From: Chiloscyllium plagiosum
Taxonomy: Eukaryota
Direction: 5' to 3'
Length of the DNA stretch: 64,000 nt
Assembly (NCBI RefSeq): GCF_004010195.1
Contig: NC_057718.1
Location: forward strand, 94,302,617-94,366,616
The position numbers and the translations under genes are program-made. Position 1 is the stretch's first letter; each line of letters starts with the position of its first letter. The notes beneath the pieces are model-generated. The model ran no database searches, was not told the DNA's origin, and saw only the letters and a list, made by a program, of their open reading frames with translations. Positions 50,231-63,478 of the stretch are shown in pieces.

Positions 50231-50481
50231 GGGCGACTCTCTGTGTGGAGTTTGCACATTCTCCCCGTGTCTGCATGGGTTTCCTCCGGGTGCTCCGGTT
50301 TCCTCCCACAATCCAAAAAAAAAATGCGCAGGTTAGGTGAATTGGCCATGCTAAATTGCCCTTCGTGTTAGGTGAAGGGGTAAATGTAGGGGAATAGGTC
50401 TGTGTGGGTTGTGCTTCGGCAGGTCGGTGTGGACTTGTTGGGCCGAAGGGCCTGTTTCCACACTGTAAGTAATCTAATCTA
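50231..50481 (+). mobile_element. HE1 SINE, 5'-truncated
   Basis: Core and (TAATC)n tail. Confidence 0.9.
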
Positions 50482-52024
50482 AACAAAATTTGATTTTGAG
50501 TTGATACAATTCATCAGGAGACCTTTAATAGTCTGGCATGCAGCAAAGCTTTATCCATTTTAACAGCTGAAGTAATTTAAAAAAAGTATAAAACATTTGC
50601 ATAAAGCCAACATTAATTATCATAATTAAAAGCTTTATTGCCTCCATAAGGAAATCTACAATGTTGTATTTTTGTAACTCTTCAGTTAATGCCTCGTGTC
50701 CTTATTAAGGTTGAAAAGAGATTGCATCCTGCACTTAAATGCCAAGGGTCATGTTGCACACTTGCAATAACACGTTTTTGTCCAAATTAGTCCTAATTCA
50801 AAATGCAGTTTTGAGGTCTTTGCAGGTCTTATAAAGTTGTTTACAGCCTGAGTCCACAGATAAGTAAAAACAAAGGCTTGTGACGCAGTGGAAATGAATC
50901 CTAGCTAACCAAGTCTGCAGGGAAAAAATAAATAGAGGTAATCGAAGTGGGGAGAAACAGACAAGGTCCATGCTCGGAAAAATAACATTACAATCAGTTC
51001 CTTGGAAACTTGTTAACACTAGCAACATGTATTCTTGTGTTTAATTTTCCAGGGTAGATATTGGGATAAACATGCAGACTTACTTGCAGTCAGAATATCT
51101 AGGTGCAGAGTGACAAGACCCAGGGATGACACATCAAAATTATACATTGGCAAGTTACCATAAAGTTTCTAACATACACACAAGCTTCTGAAACACTTTC
51201 TTGAAACTAGACCATAAACAAACTTGTTAAGCAGCTTTTAATTTCAGTCAGAAGTTGAACAGAGAGGGGGAGAAAACATTACTGCAAATGTCTCTTTACT
51301 TTCAGTGAATTCAATTCTTCGGTGAAAGAAAGTTTAAAATGAATCAAAAAAGTGACTGGATCGATGGAAGCAAATGACCTCCTCTAATGGGGGAAGGGGA
51401 TGGCAACCCAGAACAAGCAGAAATCACTTTAAAGTAAAGGCTAGGGATTTCAAAGAGCAGTTTATACTGGATTTGAAATGTTAATTCTGTCTCTGTCTTT
51501 CTCTCTCTCTCTGCACTGATGATGCCAGACCTGTTGAACGTCTCCAGCATGTGTAATGTCAGGAAGCATATCCTCAGACAAAGGGCACTGGAAATCTGGA
51601 AACCCCCTTCCTCCCCTAAAATGTTTCAAAACTAAGATCACTAATTCTGTTTTGAGATAATCCACAGGGGTCTGGCAATATTTGCAGAGAGAGAATTAGA
51701 GCGAGCATTTCAGGTCAACGTCCTCGTTTTATCTTTCATTTTTTTCCTCCTACTGAAGGCCGGTCAAGTTGAAACAATCGTCTTGCTTCTCCCCGCAGAC
51801 AGAGCTGCAGGATGTCCTGGGTTGTTGCCGCAGCACTTGTCGTTTTTAATTTGGTATTGACACCCTCCACAGTATTTAGCTTTTGGATCAATACATTTTT
51901 TTTTCTCTCGAGCATGGGTAGATCAAACCAAGGTAGAGAGATGGACTAGAATCTCACATCAGCCCACACTTGATTTGAATGGAGGAACAGGTCTAAGGAG
52001 CTGCATGGTCTTTTCTTATTCTGA

Positions 52025-52950
52025 CATGGAAAATTGTGAAATTATCTGTTTTTGCCAGGAGAGTAAAAGAAAAGCACATTATCTAAATGGTGAGAGGTTT
52101 GCAGACTTCTGAGATGCAGAGAGATCTGGACGTCCTGTTGCATTAAAAGGGGTTTGTTAACTTAGGTTGCTGGATGGCAGGTTTGCAGTGCAGTGGGATG
52201 CCAACAGTGTGGGTTCAATTCTTGCACTAGCTGAAGTTACTATGAAGGACTCTCCTTCTCAACCTCTCCCCTCACCTGAGATGTGGTGACCCTCAGGTTA
52301 AACCACCATCAGTTGTCTACCTCAGTCTCTCTCTCTAATGAGAAAGCAGACCAATTTTACCTTTTTAGTGAGTAATTGGGAGAAAGCTATGTTTTATTTC
52401 AAGGGAAATTGAATGCAAGCGTAGGAAGGTTAAGCTTAAGTTATACAGAGCATTTGTGAGACCAAGACTGGGGTGTAAAGTTCTGGTCACCATCTTAAAC
52501 TGTTGGAAGCAGTTCAGAAGAGCTTTATTAGACTAAAATCTGGAATGAGCAGACTGTTTTGTGAGGAAAGATTATAGAATCTATTCCTGTGTCTTCTGGA
52601 GTTTCGAACAATCAGAAAACATTTAATGGAAAAAATAAGATACATAAATTGGGCTACCTCCTTTTTAAAATTGAAGACTCCTGCCTCTAGATTCTCTCAC
52701 AAGAGGTGACATCCTTTCAACATCCATTGGTCAAGTCCCCTCAGGATCTTCTATGTTTCAATTCGGTCACCTCTGACTCTTCTCAACTCCAGAGTATCCT
52801 GCACTGGCTTGTCTATCCTTTCCTCAGAAAGCAATCCACTCATTCCAGGCATTTGCTTAGTAAATCTCGTCTGAACTGCTCCCAATGCATTAATACCCTC
52901 CCATAATTATAGTGACCAACATTGCACACAGTATTCTAAATGTGGCTTCA
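52025..52950. mobile_element. CR1 fragments (+ to ~52645, - from ~52660) with tRNA SINE at ~52155-52365
   Basis: QRDLDV, LYRAFVRP motifs; SINE B box GGTTCAATTC. Confidence 0.7.
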
Positions 52951-53249
52951 CCTGAACAGGAGATTCCAAAAAAATGCCACATCACATTTTCTCTCGTTAC
53001 TGGAATTTGTTGTGCCCTCCAGATGCAGGCAGCATCTCTTTTACCCTGAACTGGGGGAGGTGAAAGGGCACTACACTGTTGCGTGTTTCTTCATCCTCGG
53101 TCAGCCTAGAACAGGCACAGGCTGCTTTAAGAGTTGAGCTTCAGTTACCTGGCACCCTATTTGAGGTAATGGTACAGGGAAAACCTGAACAGGTGGAGGG
53201 TCAGGCAGAGGTATTTGGTCCTGAAAGGCTAATGGACTTATAACAGAAA

Positions 53250-56200
53250 GATAAGACAATAAAAGATATATATTATGACGCATACACAGAAAAGGAATCA
53301 GAATGCATTCCCGAGGATTATCTTAAGGACAGGATCCTAAGATGAAAATGGAGACCATGGCAGGTTTGTGCAGAGGAGAAATGGGTGGAAGTGCACCAGA
53401 TTGTGTTGCTGGTTGCATACAGACAGCAAGTATTACAGGTAGCACATGAACTACCAGTAGGAGGTCATCAAGGTGTGAGAAAGACTCAGGCTAAAGTACA
53501 AAAACACTTCTATTGGCCTGAACTGCAAAACAATATGGTTGAACTTTGTCATATGTGCCAAATGGTAGATGAGCCGCAGGCAGTAATAAAACTGCACTTT
53601 TGTTGCCCATTCCCACATTCAAAGAACCTGTCACCTGGGTTATGATTGATTGTGTAGGTGGATGTGTCAACCAGATTTCCAGAGGCATTTCCATTGCAGA
53701 GTGTTAAAACAAAAAGGGTACCGGTGGATGAGTCGGTAGCTTTCTTTACCCAGTGTAGGCAACCCAGAGAGATTCAGTCAGACCAAGGGTCTAATTTTAC
53801 TGCTAAACTGTTTCAGGAAGTCATAAATAGTTTAGGCATACAACACTTTAAATCAACTGCATACCATCCTGAAACCCAGGGAGACTTGGAAAGGTGGCAT
53901 CAGAGCTTGCAACCATATTAAGAGCATACAGTCAGGATTACCCTAATGATTGGGATAAAGGTATCCCATTCATATTGTTTGCCATTAGAGGTGCCCCAAA
54001 CAAATCTACTTAGTTTACTTACTCCCTTTGAGTTAACATTCAGACACGAAATGAGAGGGCCTTTGAAACTAATTAAAGAAAAATTGATAGGACCGAACTC
54101 GAAGATCTCATACTTGAATTATATATCTGAGGTGAGAGAGATTAAACTGAATAGGTGAATTAGCTAAACAGCACCAGAAGAGGTCACAGCATAGAATGAA
54201 GCAGGAGACAGATAAAAACTCTAAAATTCAGACATTTTCTCATGGCTTGATGTATTAGTATTGTTACCAGTGATAGGAGGTACCTTCAAAGCCAGGTTTA
54301 GTGGTCTCTATCAGATTGAGAAAAAAATGAAGTCAGATAAATTATGTGGTAAAGATGCCAAATAGAAAAAAAACTGCATTGGGCATGTCATGTGAATCTG
54401 TTGAAACCTTGCTATAATGGATACAGGGAACTGGAGAAACAGACGTTAGTTGCTACCCTGCAGAGTGAGGACCATATTCCTGATAGATTAGATTATATTA
54501 CCTACAGTGTGGAAACAGGCCCTTCGGCCCAACAAGTCCACACCGATCCTCCGAAGAGTAACCCACCCAGACCCATTTCCCTCTGACTAATGTACCTAAC
54601 ACTATGGGCAATTTAGCATGGCCAATTCACCTGACCTGCACATCTTTGGACTGTGGGAGGAAACTGGAGCGCCCGGAGGAAACCCACTCAGACACAGGGA
54701 GAATGTGCAAACTCCACACAGATGCCCGAGGCGGGAATTGAACCCCGTTTCCTGGCGCTGTGAGGCAGCAGTGCTAACCACTGAGCCACTGTGCCGCCCC
54801 TGATGGCATGGATCTTTACATAATGAGGAAGACCTTGGAGAATGGGATAGGATAGTGAGCTGTCTGTCTCAGGAGCAAAGAACCAAGTTGAAAGGTTTGT
54901 TGCAGCAGTATGAGGACATAAGCAGGAATAGAATGGGGAGGACTAATACTATTGTGCGTGAAATATAACAACACCCCTACAGGCTTAATCTGCTCAAAGC
55001 CACACAGGCCTATAAGGAAGTGGATGTGATGTTCAACAAAGACATAATTGAATCGAGTCAGAGTGAGTGAAGTTCACCAATTGCGTTGGTTCCCAAACCT
55101 GATAGGACTCAACAATTTTGTGTGGATTATCAGAAGGTCAACACCATAACTAAATTGGACTCCTATTCAATACCAAGGTTTGAGGACTATCTAGACAAAG
55201 TTGGACAATCTACTTACATCACAAAGTTGGACTTATTGCATGGTTGTTGGCAGTTACCGTTATCAGAGAAATCGGAAGAAGTTTCTGCGTTTGTAATCCC
55301 TAGTGGGCTATATCAATGCAAAGTGATGCCCTTTGGAATGAAGAATGCACCAGCCACAGTCCAAAGACTCATGAACAGAATTGTGGCTGGGTTAAAAAAT
55401 TGTGCCATTTATCTGGACGATGTAGTGATCTTTATAAGATCACATGGTACAGTTGACAAAGTTCTTTGAACAATTATGAAAAGCAAAACTGGTAATAAAC
55501 TTAAAGAAAACAGAATTTGCAAATGCAGAGGTGACATTCTTGGGACATAACTTCAGACATGGAAGGAAGACCCTGAAGAATGTGAAGATGAAGGCTATTG
55601 AGGAATTTTCACAACCATTCTCGAAGAAACAGGTGCTTTGATTTTTGGGACTAAGTGGATTCTATCGGAAATTTGTGTCAAATCTCAGCAGCGTGGTGAC
55701 ATCGCTGACGGATTTACTAAAGAAGAACATGGAATTTCAGCTACAGCAATTGTTTTGCAACCCTTCAAAGTTGCAAACAATCTTCACGATAGAGGGGTTG
55801 GAGCTGTATTGATGCAGGAAGTTGGTGACTGAATTAAATGGCCAACTGGCTACTTTTATAAAGAAACTCAGTATCCCCCAGAGAAAATACTCCACCATTG
55901 AAAAAGAGTTATTAAATTTGACACTGGCCTTACATTTTAATGCATGTGTGACGAACGATGTGTCAGAGACTTTTAAGTACACGTACCACAACCCTCTCAC
56001 ATTTTTGGAAAGATTTAAAGACAAAAATATGAGACTATTTCATTGAAGTCTTATGTTACAGACTTTTAATTTACAAATTGTACATGTTGCAGATCATAAA
56101 AATGTGACTGCAGATGCAATATTGCTCATGTGAAAGAAAATGTGTAGATAAGATTGGACCATATCGATTGCAATGTTATATATGTGTGCAGAATTAATAT

Positions 56201-56320
56201 GAGAGTTATAATTTAGATTAATGACATATGTATTTCATAGTAATGGTATTAAGAATTAGAAAAAGAAAAAAATCAAGCCATCTTTTCATTATGATGGTTC
56301 ATTTTTTCTTAAGAGGGCAG
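53250..56320 (+). mobile_element. Decayed Gmr1-like Gypsy LTR retrotransposon pol (integrase - RT - RNase H)
   Basis: AHELPVGGHQG..FYWP..CHMCQ; TRFPEAFPL..SDQGSNF..YHPETQG.LERWH; CVDYQKVN..LDLLHG.WQ..MPFGMKNAPAT..YLDDV; YSTIEKELL; purine tract 56311-56320. Confidence 0.93.
54483..54800 (-). mobile_element. HE1 SINE inserted in the Gypsy pol
   Basis: Full-length copy flanked by CCTGAT. Confidence 0.92.
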
Positions 56321-57070
56321 TGTTACAAAGTCAAAAGAGTGTATGTTCACTTCAAGGTAGAAAGTGTTTCTGAATTTTTAAATAAATTTCAAGTATAGCC
56401 ACAGCTGCCAGAACAGCTAGAAGAGGACAGTTCCAAAATAGATACATGTAACAATTGGCTGCTAAGTGGATACGTGAGTTTAAGTTGCTGGTTTGACAAC
56501 AATTCAAATTTAACCAATTAATTTAAATAAAGCCCAGGGTACTAAAACCCAATTGAGTTTGACTTTATTGTTTCAATAACATCAGACCAGTGAGAGGATA
56601 TGATGTTGGGGGGAATAAAAAACATGGACATTTTGAAAATTGGTCCGAGCAAACTGCCACCGATCAGCAGAGCAACTGCTGTAGAGCTAGAGGGCTAACC
56701 GTCCATCTAACATCTTGCTCTCAAAGAAATAAGAAGGCACTCTCTCTATCAAAAGGTATGTTTTCCTGTACAAGCAGTAAAAAGAAAGAAGACGACCAGG
56801 GAGATCAGCAGCTGGAAGATTGAAGACAGCATAGATGCAAAGATAGTATGGACTTGAGTTTAAGTTAATGCAATGTTTAATAATTGTGTTATTGGAACAG
56901 AATGTGAATAGGATTGTGTTCAGTTAAGGGAAAGAGTGTTCGGTTTGTTAATAGTTTCATTTAGTGTTCACTATTGGAGTTAGGAAAATAAATTGTTATT
57001 TTTCTTTAAATAGTGGACATTAGGAGTTCACTGCCACTCATTCACATTTTAACAGATTACAAGGCAAGGC
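56321..57070 (+). mobile_element. 3' LTR of the Gmr1-like element (3' end uncertain)
   Basis: Begins TGTTAC right after purine tract AAGAGGGCAG; AATAAA near 56987. Confidence 0.6.
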
Positions 57071-57149
57071 AGGAAAATGCCACTAACTGAAGAAAGAGAA
57101 TCTGTCGTGATCTCTTCTCTCTCCACAACATCACTGGTAAACAGAGTCT

Positions 57150-57467
57150 TCACAGGATCTCATTCAGCCCATCAAGTCCACACTGACCCTATGAACAGGA
57201 GCTCACCCAGACCCACCCCATCCCCGTAACCCTGCATTTCCCAGGGCTAAACCACCTAATGTGCACATCCCTGCACACTTTGGGTCAATTTAGTATGGCC
57301 AATCCAACCAACCTTGCACATACGTCGAATGTGGGAAGAAACTGGAGCACCCGGAGAAAGCTCACAGAGACAAGGGGAGAATGTGCAAAGACAGTCACCA
57401 AGGGTGGAAACAAACTCAGGTCCCTGGTAGTGTAAGGCAGCAATGCTAACTACTGAGCAACCATGCA
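57150..57467 (-). mobile_element. HE1-related SINE, diverged
   Basis: GGCAGCAATGCTAACTACTGAG, GGAGAATGTGCAAA. Confidence 0.8.
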
Positions 57468-57873
57468 GTCCCACAGAGTCTTCATTTTCCTTTGTAACAA
57501 AATGGTCGCTCATCCATGAGTTACTGTGTGACCCCCCACACCCCTCCTTTTTAAATCACATGGATCTCAGGACTCATATTACAACTCCTCTTTGCTGTGC
57601 ACGTAGCACTTTACTGATTGCCATCTGGCTGCATGCACACACCTTACCGGCAGCGTTTCTTGGGGCTGAGGTGGCTTTGATTACTGTTCTTTTATCAACT
57701 TTTCAAAATGTCATGGAGTTATTGCAGCTCAGCAGATAGCTTAAGCTTGGTTCACGGTTGCAATGCAAAGTCTCTTCCCTTCTCCTTATTCCATTGGTAA
57801 TATATGAGTTCTCGTCAGCCCTGAAATACCTCTCTTTAAAAAAGAGGCCATCACTTTAAGCTGGTATTTGTAG

Positions 57874-57886
57874 GTCGCTAGGCAAC
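57874..57886. promoter_or_regulatory. Candidate RFX X-box
   Basis: GTCGCTAGGCAAC fits GTYNCYNNGGCAAC-type consensus, in non-repeat DNA. Confidence 0.3.
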
Positions 57887-58767
57887 ATAACACATACACA
57901 AACACTGCTGTCAGAGCTCAATGTTCTATTTGTAAAGCTTTCAGCAGGGTGTCTTGGCAGTAGGTTTCTTAGCTCAAGAGATGGGGGTTAATGTGTGACC
58001 TTCTGGTAACACTATGAGCGGTCTCTCCACAGCCGTCTCTCATAACCCAGGGAGACATCACAATTTTTCAGAGATCACAACTTCGCATCCGTCAATCTTG
58101 TGAGCTACTTGTGGAGGGTTTACTGTTCACTGGAGATGAAGTTTTCAAAGAAAAATGTGGCTATGAAATGAAAAAAGATGATAATGTCAAAATATATAAG
58201 CTGTACAGAAGCAGGTCCTGGCAAGGTACGGTGCACGTTCTCAAAATACAAGCATCAGTGCAACTATCAAAAGAACAGAACAATGCTCACACTTGAAGGA
58301 TTTACTTCCCTTTGTGATCCTTTTAAGACACTCATTTAAAAAAAAAATCATGTTCATTCTGTAAGTTCCCTTGTTCTAACTTTTGGTCTGTCGGCTTTTC
58401 TCTCGGCTTCATTCATTTCTTCTCCTGCTCCGATCGCTAATGGCAGATGTCTCTTGTGAAAATTCATAGCTCATCATCAATTTTACATTTTGTTTATCAG
58501 ACGTTTCCGGCATAAAGATTTTCCAAGGCAAGCTGTTGAGAATAAGAATTGAATTTTTTCTTGGGTAAGGTGGTGAAGTGGATGTACTTTATTGTCATCA
58601 TGTTTTGCCGTGGGAATGTCATCGTATTGTTTGCTGGAGAGACTCACACCCCAATGTTTGTTTGTTTCTTCATGTGCTACTGTACAGAACTGAATTAATG
58701 CATTAGTGACTATGAATAAGCATATTTTTGAAATGAAGAAAAGCTTCTCAGAATAATAATAGTATCC

Positions 58768-59050
58768 CAGTCACATTTTTAAGGTAAGAGGAGCAAGATT
58801 TAAAAAGACACAAGGGCTAAATGCTTTTACACAGAGAATGGTTTGAGCGTGGAATGAACTTCCTGAGGAAGTAATAGATGTGGGCACAGTTACAATGTTT
58901 AAAAGCCTTTTGGATAAGTACATTAATAGGGGAGGTTTGTAAGGGATATGGACTAAGAGCAGGCAGGTGGGACTAGTTTAGTTTGAGAATATGTTTGGCA
59001 TGGACTGGTTGGACCAAAGGGTCTGTTTCTGTGTTGTATAACTGTATGGC
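58768..59050 (+). mobile_element. CR1/HER1 3' end
   Basis: FTQRMV.AWNELPEE. Confidence 0.85.
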
Positions 59051-60499
59051 TCCATATGCACAGAAAATATTGTTGAGTCTATCATGCCAATGGTGCACTT
59101 TTCATCCTGGAATTCACTCTGCCAGCATACAATGGTTTCATTGCGACCTTCACATGGATAATTTGCACAATACTCAAAAATCAAGTCAGTGAGCTTCAAA
59201 TCTTTAGGCTTCTTCACCATAATCTATTTTTGCAGCTCCTACTTTGTGGTGAAAAGATTTTAGTTGTTTTTATCTAGTCTGTGGCACATCTGCCAAAATA
59301 AAGTGCAGTCAGACAGTTCTAAACTGTATGTCAGGCCAACAATCTTTTGCATAGTGCATGCCAATGGTCAGTTCTGGTAGACCCCAGGACACAGGAGCTC
59401 AAATGTTCTGATACTAGGACATTGACGCTGTCCATGAGGGATGACGGTCAGAAACAGTCACATTCTTTTCCTACATCTTTCTCCTCTCTCTACGTTCTTC
59501 CCACTTCTACATGGTTCTCATGATCATCTGTGGCTTTCACACAGATTAATTTAATGATAAATACAGTTCCTTAGTGCATCTTTAATAGATATAATTTATG
59601 TACAAATTCTTTCTAATTAACTAAGACTGGCAATCTCCTTCAAGTCATGGAGGTTTACAGCTCAAAACAAAAGCCTTTCGACGCAGCAGTCTGTGCCTGT
59701 CAAATACAATCACCTAACTATTCTATTCTCATTTTCCAGCACTTGGCTCATAGCCTTGTCTGTCTTGGCATTGCAAGTGCACATCTAGATACTTGTAGAG
59801 TCATAGTCGTAGACTCATACAGCATGGCAGTAGACCTTTTGGTCCAACCAGCCTATGCCGTACGTAGTGATGAACTAAATTAGTCCCAACTGCCTCATCT
59901 TAAATATTATGAAGATTTCTGCCTATCCCAGCTTTCAAGCAGTGAGCTCCAGATTCCCAAATGTGATGCCCAGGTTAACAGATTGCAGGGATACTATGAG
60001 TTATGCACCAACTTGGCCCAATCATCTTCAGCTACTTCATCCAAAGACCTTCCCTCAATCATAAGGTCAAAAGTGGGGATGTTCACCAATGATGCACAAT
60101 GTTCATCACCATTTGTGACTCATCAGATATTGAAGTAGTCCGCATTCAAATGCAACACGATCTGAACAATATCCAGGCTTGGGCTGATGAGTGGCAAGTA
60201 ACATTCACAGCCAGGCAATGACCATCTCCATTAAGGGGCAATCTAACCACCATCCCTTGACATTCAATGGTATTACCATCAATGAAGCCACTACTATCAA
60301 CAGCCATGGGGTTACTATTGACCAGAAACTCAACTGGACTCACCACATAAACATAGTGGCTAAAAAAGCATATTAGAGACTAGGAATACTACGGTGAGTA
60401 AGTCATCTTCTGACTTCCCAAAGCCTGTCCACCATCTATAAGGCACAAGTCAGGACAGTAATATAAGTTTATCCACTTGCCTGGGTAGATGCAGTTCCA

Positions 60500-60720
60500 G
60501 GAGAAAGTGAGGTCTGCAGATGCTGGAGATCAAAGTTGAAACTTTATTGCTGGAACAGCACAGCAGGTCAGGCAGCATCCAGGGAACAGGAGATTCGACG
60601 TTTCGGGCACAGGCCCTTCTTCAGGATTCCTGAAGAAGGGCATGTGCCCGAAACGTCGAATCTCCTGTTCCCTGGATGCTGCCTGACCTGCTGTGCTGTT
60701 CCAGCAATAAAGTTTCAACC
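60500..60720. mobile_element. Young palindromic Penelope-terminus insertion
   Basis: 92-bp arms 60535-60626 / 60628-60719 with one mismatch; 35-nt unpaired tail 60500-60534; 14-bp TSD TAGATGCAGTTCCA (60486-60499, 60721-60734). Confidence 0.95.
60625..60662 (+). ncRNA. Minimal type I hammerhead ribozyme motif
   Basis: GAUUC-CUGAAGA-A-GGGC augu GCCC-GAAAC-GUC-GAAUC: full core, 5-bp stem I, 4-bp stem II, palindromic ACGU stem III. Confidence 0.85.
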
Positions 60721-61868
60721 TAGATGCAGTTCCAACAACACTCAAGAAGCTTTACACTATCTATTACAAAGCTGCCCGCTTGATTGGCAGTGCATGCACA
60801 AATACCCATTCTGTCCACCTCAGGAACTCAATAGCAGCAGCCTGTACTAACTGCAAAATGCAATGCAGGAATTCACCAAAGATCCTTAGACAGTTCCTTT
60901 CAAAACTGCAACCATTTCCATCGAGAAGGGACAAGGGCAGCAGATACATAGGAACACCAGCACCTGCAAGTTCTCCTGTAAGCCACTCGCCATCCTGATT
61001 TGGAAATCTATAATTGTTCCTTCAAAGTCGCTGGGTAAAAACTCTGGAATTCTCTCCCTCAAGACATTTTGCATCAACTTATAGCATGTGGACTGCATCA
61101 GTTCAAGAAGGCAACTCATAAATTTATAAGTTGTCTGTCATTGCTGAGCATACCTCCAGTTACAGTCTGTTGTTATAGATTATGTAAGAATTTAAAAAAT
61201 CTATTTAATATGTTACTTTCTGTGAATGTCTACGCGTCCTTGAAAACTCAATATGTTCTCAAAACATTTGATGCCACTTAGGCAAGAGATGGAAATTATA
61301 ACATTTTTATTGCATCTGCTGTTCTGAGAATGGCTGCTGCAGTATTGCATCAAGCTAGACAGTACCTCACCTATTGTGTCTGGATTCAACCTGAATTCCC
61401 AAGCTTGGGAACAGCTTTGCTTACTGTGAGCTCTCCTCCTTACCATTTCTATCTTAAAGACTTAAAGTATTAAGGTGAGGGTTTTGGTGCTTTGTAAGTA
61501 TTTGAATCAACTTTTGATAACGTTGCACTAGGTTATCCCCCACCTCTGCCTTTCCCAGTGCCACATTCCAGTCTGAGAGCATGGACCTGATCATCTGATT
61601 TTGCAGCCATTGTATTTTTTCCTAATATGTGCACAGTCCTGCTGGCTACATGTTCAAGCTGGTCAGCTCCCAAGTGAGACAGTGCCTCCAGCTAACACTC
61701 TATCGGCTGGTGGAAAACTTCACTGACATCCTAAATACCCCCAGTGGAGAACCAAATGTTAGAAAAATAACAATCAGCATTTATAGCATGCCTTTTGCAC
61801 TCCCCAGGAAATTCCAAAATGCTTTGCAACCAATAAGCTGCTTCAAAGTGTAAGTCACTATTATATTT

Positions 61869-62734
61869 TGTGAGGTTTGTCATTCATATGTATTTTAATA
61901 TCAATTATTTTAGAGTTTGGATTTTGCACTAAGTGGCATGTGGGTTTTGGTCTGTGTGTATGAGAGGGTTTACTGGTTAATTTGCCAGCTATTTTGAGTC
62001 ATGATTTTGTTTAAACCAGCATTTGTTAGATTGGGTGTGATGATGGGAGTTTTTTCTGAATTTAGAAAGTTTTACAAACAGACACAGTAAAGATTGGGGA
62101 GCTTGCTTTTTGCTTAGATGAATCAGTACTATTTTTGGTGTAGAGGTAAAGCCCAGAATTTAGAAAGCTTTTGTTTGTCAGTTCCCAGATGTCCTAGTTG
62201 AAGTTAGATACACAAATAAGTTTCTCCTGGAGAAAGGAGAGCATTCAGAAGAAGTTCTGAAATAGATAATCTTTTAGTTTATAAGTTCCAGACCAGAATT
62301 GCTTAGTTAGAATTCTGCTAGAGTTTTTGAAACTGAAAAAGTCTAAGATCTGTGTATCAAGGAAAAGGCTATTAAACTCTCAAGACTGGAAATGGAAAAC
62401 ATCAAATATGTTAAACCTATAGATGCAATGGGGAAGCAAATTCCCTCTAATATTTGAGTATTATAAAGTGATGGTGTTGAGATTATGGAATTGCATTTTT
62501 ATGGTGTTTTGAAATCTTTGAAGTTGTTATATGTACAAGCTTTTTTTCCCTTTATTTTATCTCTGTTCTTTTGTATAACAACCTTTTGTTTCATTGCTAA
62601 AATCAATCTGCAGCTTTGCGTGCTTATGTTTCAGTGAAAGACTGCCTCAATAAATACAAGAAACTTGATGTATCAATCTAAATTTCGCTTGGGATTTGAC
62701 TTGTCTATTGATAATGTGAGCTGCAACCATAACA
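61869..62734 (+). mobile_element. Probable solo LTR
   Basis: TGTGAGG...CCATAACA ends, T-rich 3' part, AATAAA near 62650; flanks ATTT/ATTG. Confidence 0.55.
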
Positions 62735-63238
62735 ATTGAGTTGCAAGAGCTAGATAAAGAGTGGGGGATCTGGGCAATGCCTTCTCCATCTCGGTCTCTA
62801 AATTGTTTTAATCAATGGCTTCACTTGCTATCTTTACCCCCTATTGTTAATGCTCTGAACCTCCCAATAAATGTCCTATGTAAACACCCTCGCTGATATG
62901 CTCCAATGTCTCGTAATAAAATACAAACAATATAATAAAACAATTATTGTTGCTTTTAACAAGACCACAGCATTTATTGGATTCCGTCATGATTTTGCAG
63001 AACGGTTAGTTTTACAAAGGGATGTTCTGATCTTCAAGGTTAAGCTGCACATAAACATGCTGTTCGCATTCTGGAAAGAAGGCCAAGCCAGCTGTGTGGC
63101 TCACGTATGTCTCATACCTTCACATCTTAAAGACAGATGAATCATTTTAAAGGGGAGCTCCACTCATTGTATAGATGTTGCTGCAGACTTGACGGGAAGA
63201 TTTGGAGTGAAGCAAAAATGCATAAAGTGGAACAACTG

Positions 63239-63263
<25 letters not shown>
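63239..63263. repeat. (GA)n microsatellite
   Basis: Directly visible. Confidence 0.9.
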
Positions 63264-63271
<8 letters not shown>

Positions 63272-63478
63272 AACACTCCCAGGTTTTCTGATGTGGCACT
63301 GCTCTTGTTATTGAATGTAATCAGTAAAAACATTTAGAAAATGCAACATTACAGAACTGGACCAAACAGAACATATGAAAATATGAGAGGTATCACTAAA
63401 CATAAATCATCTAACCTGGAACTTTCAAATCACACATTCTTAAATTTAGAAAAATAACAAGCTGTTTGAAAAATAACT

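Larger units (their letters stand above)
60005..61120 (+). mobile_element. CR1/L2-group LINE RT C-terminal fragment
   Basis: GPIIFS.FI..LPS, MQHDLNNIQAWADEWQVTF, GVTIDQKLNW, LSTIYKAQV. Confidence 0.85.
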
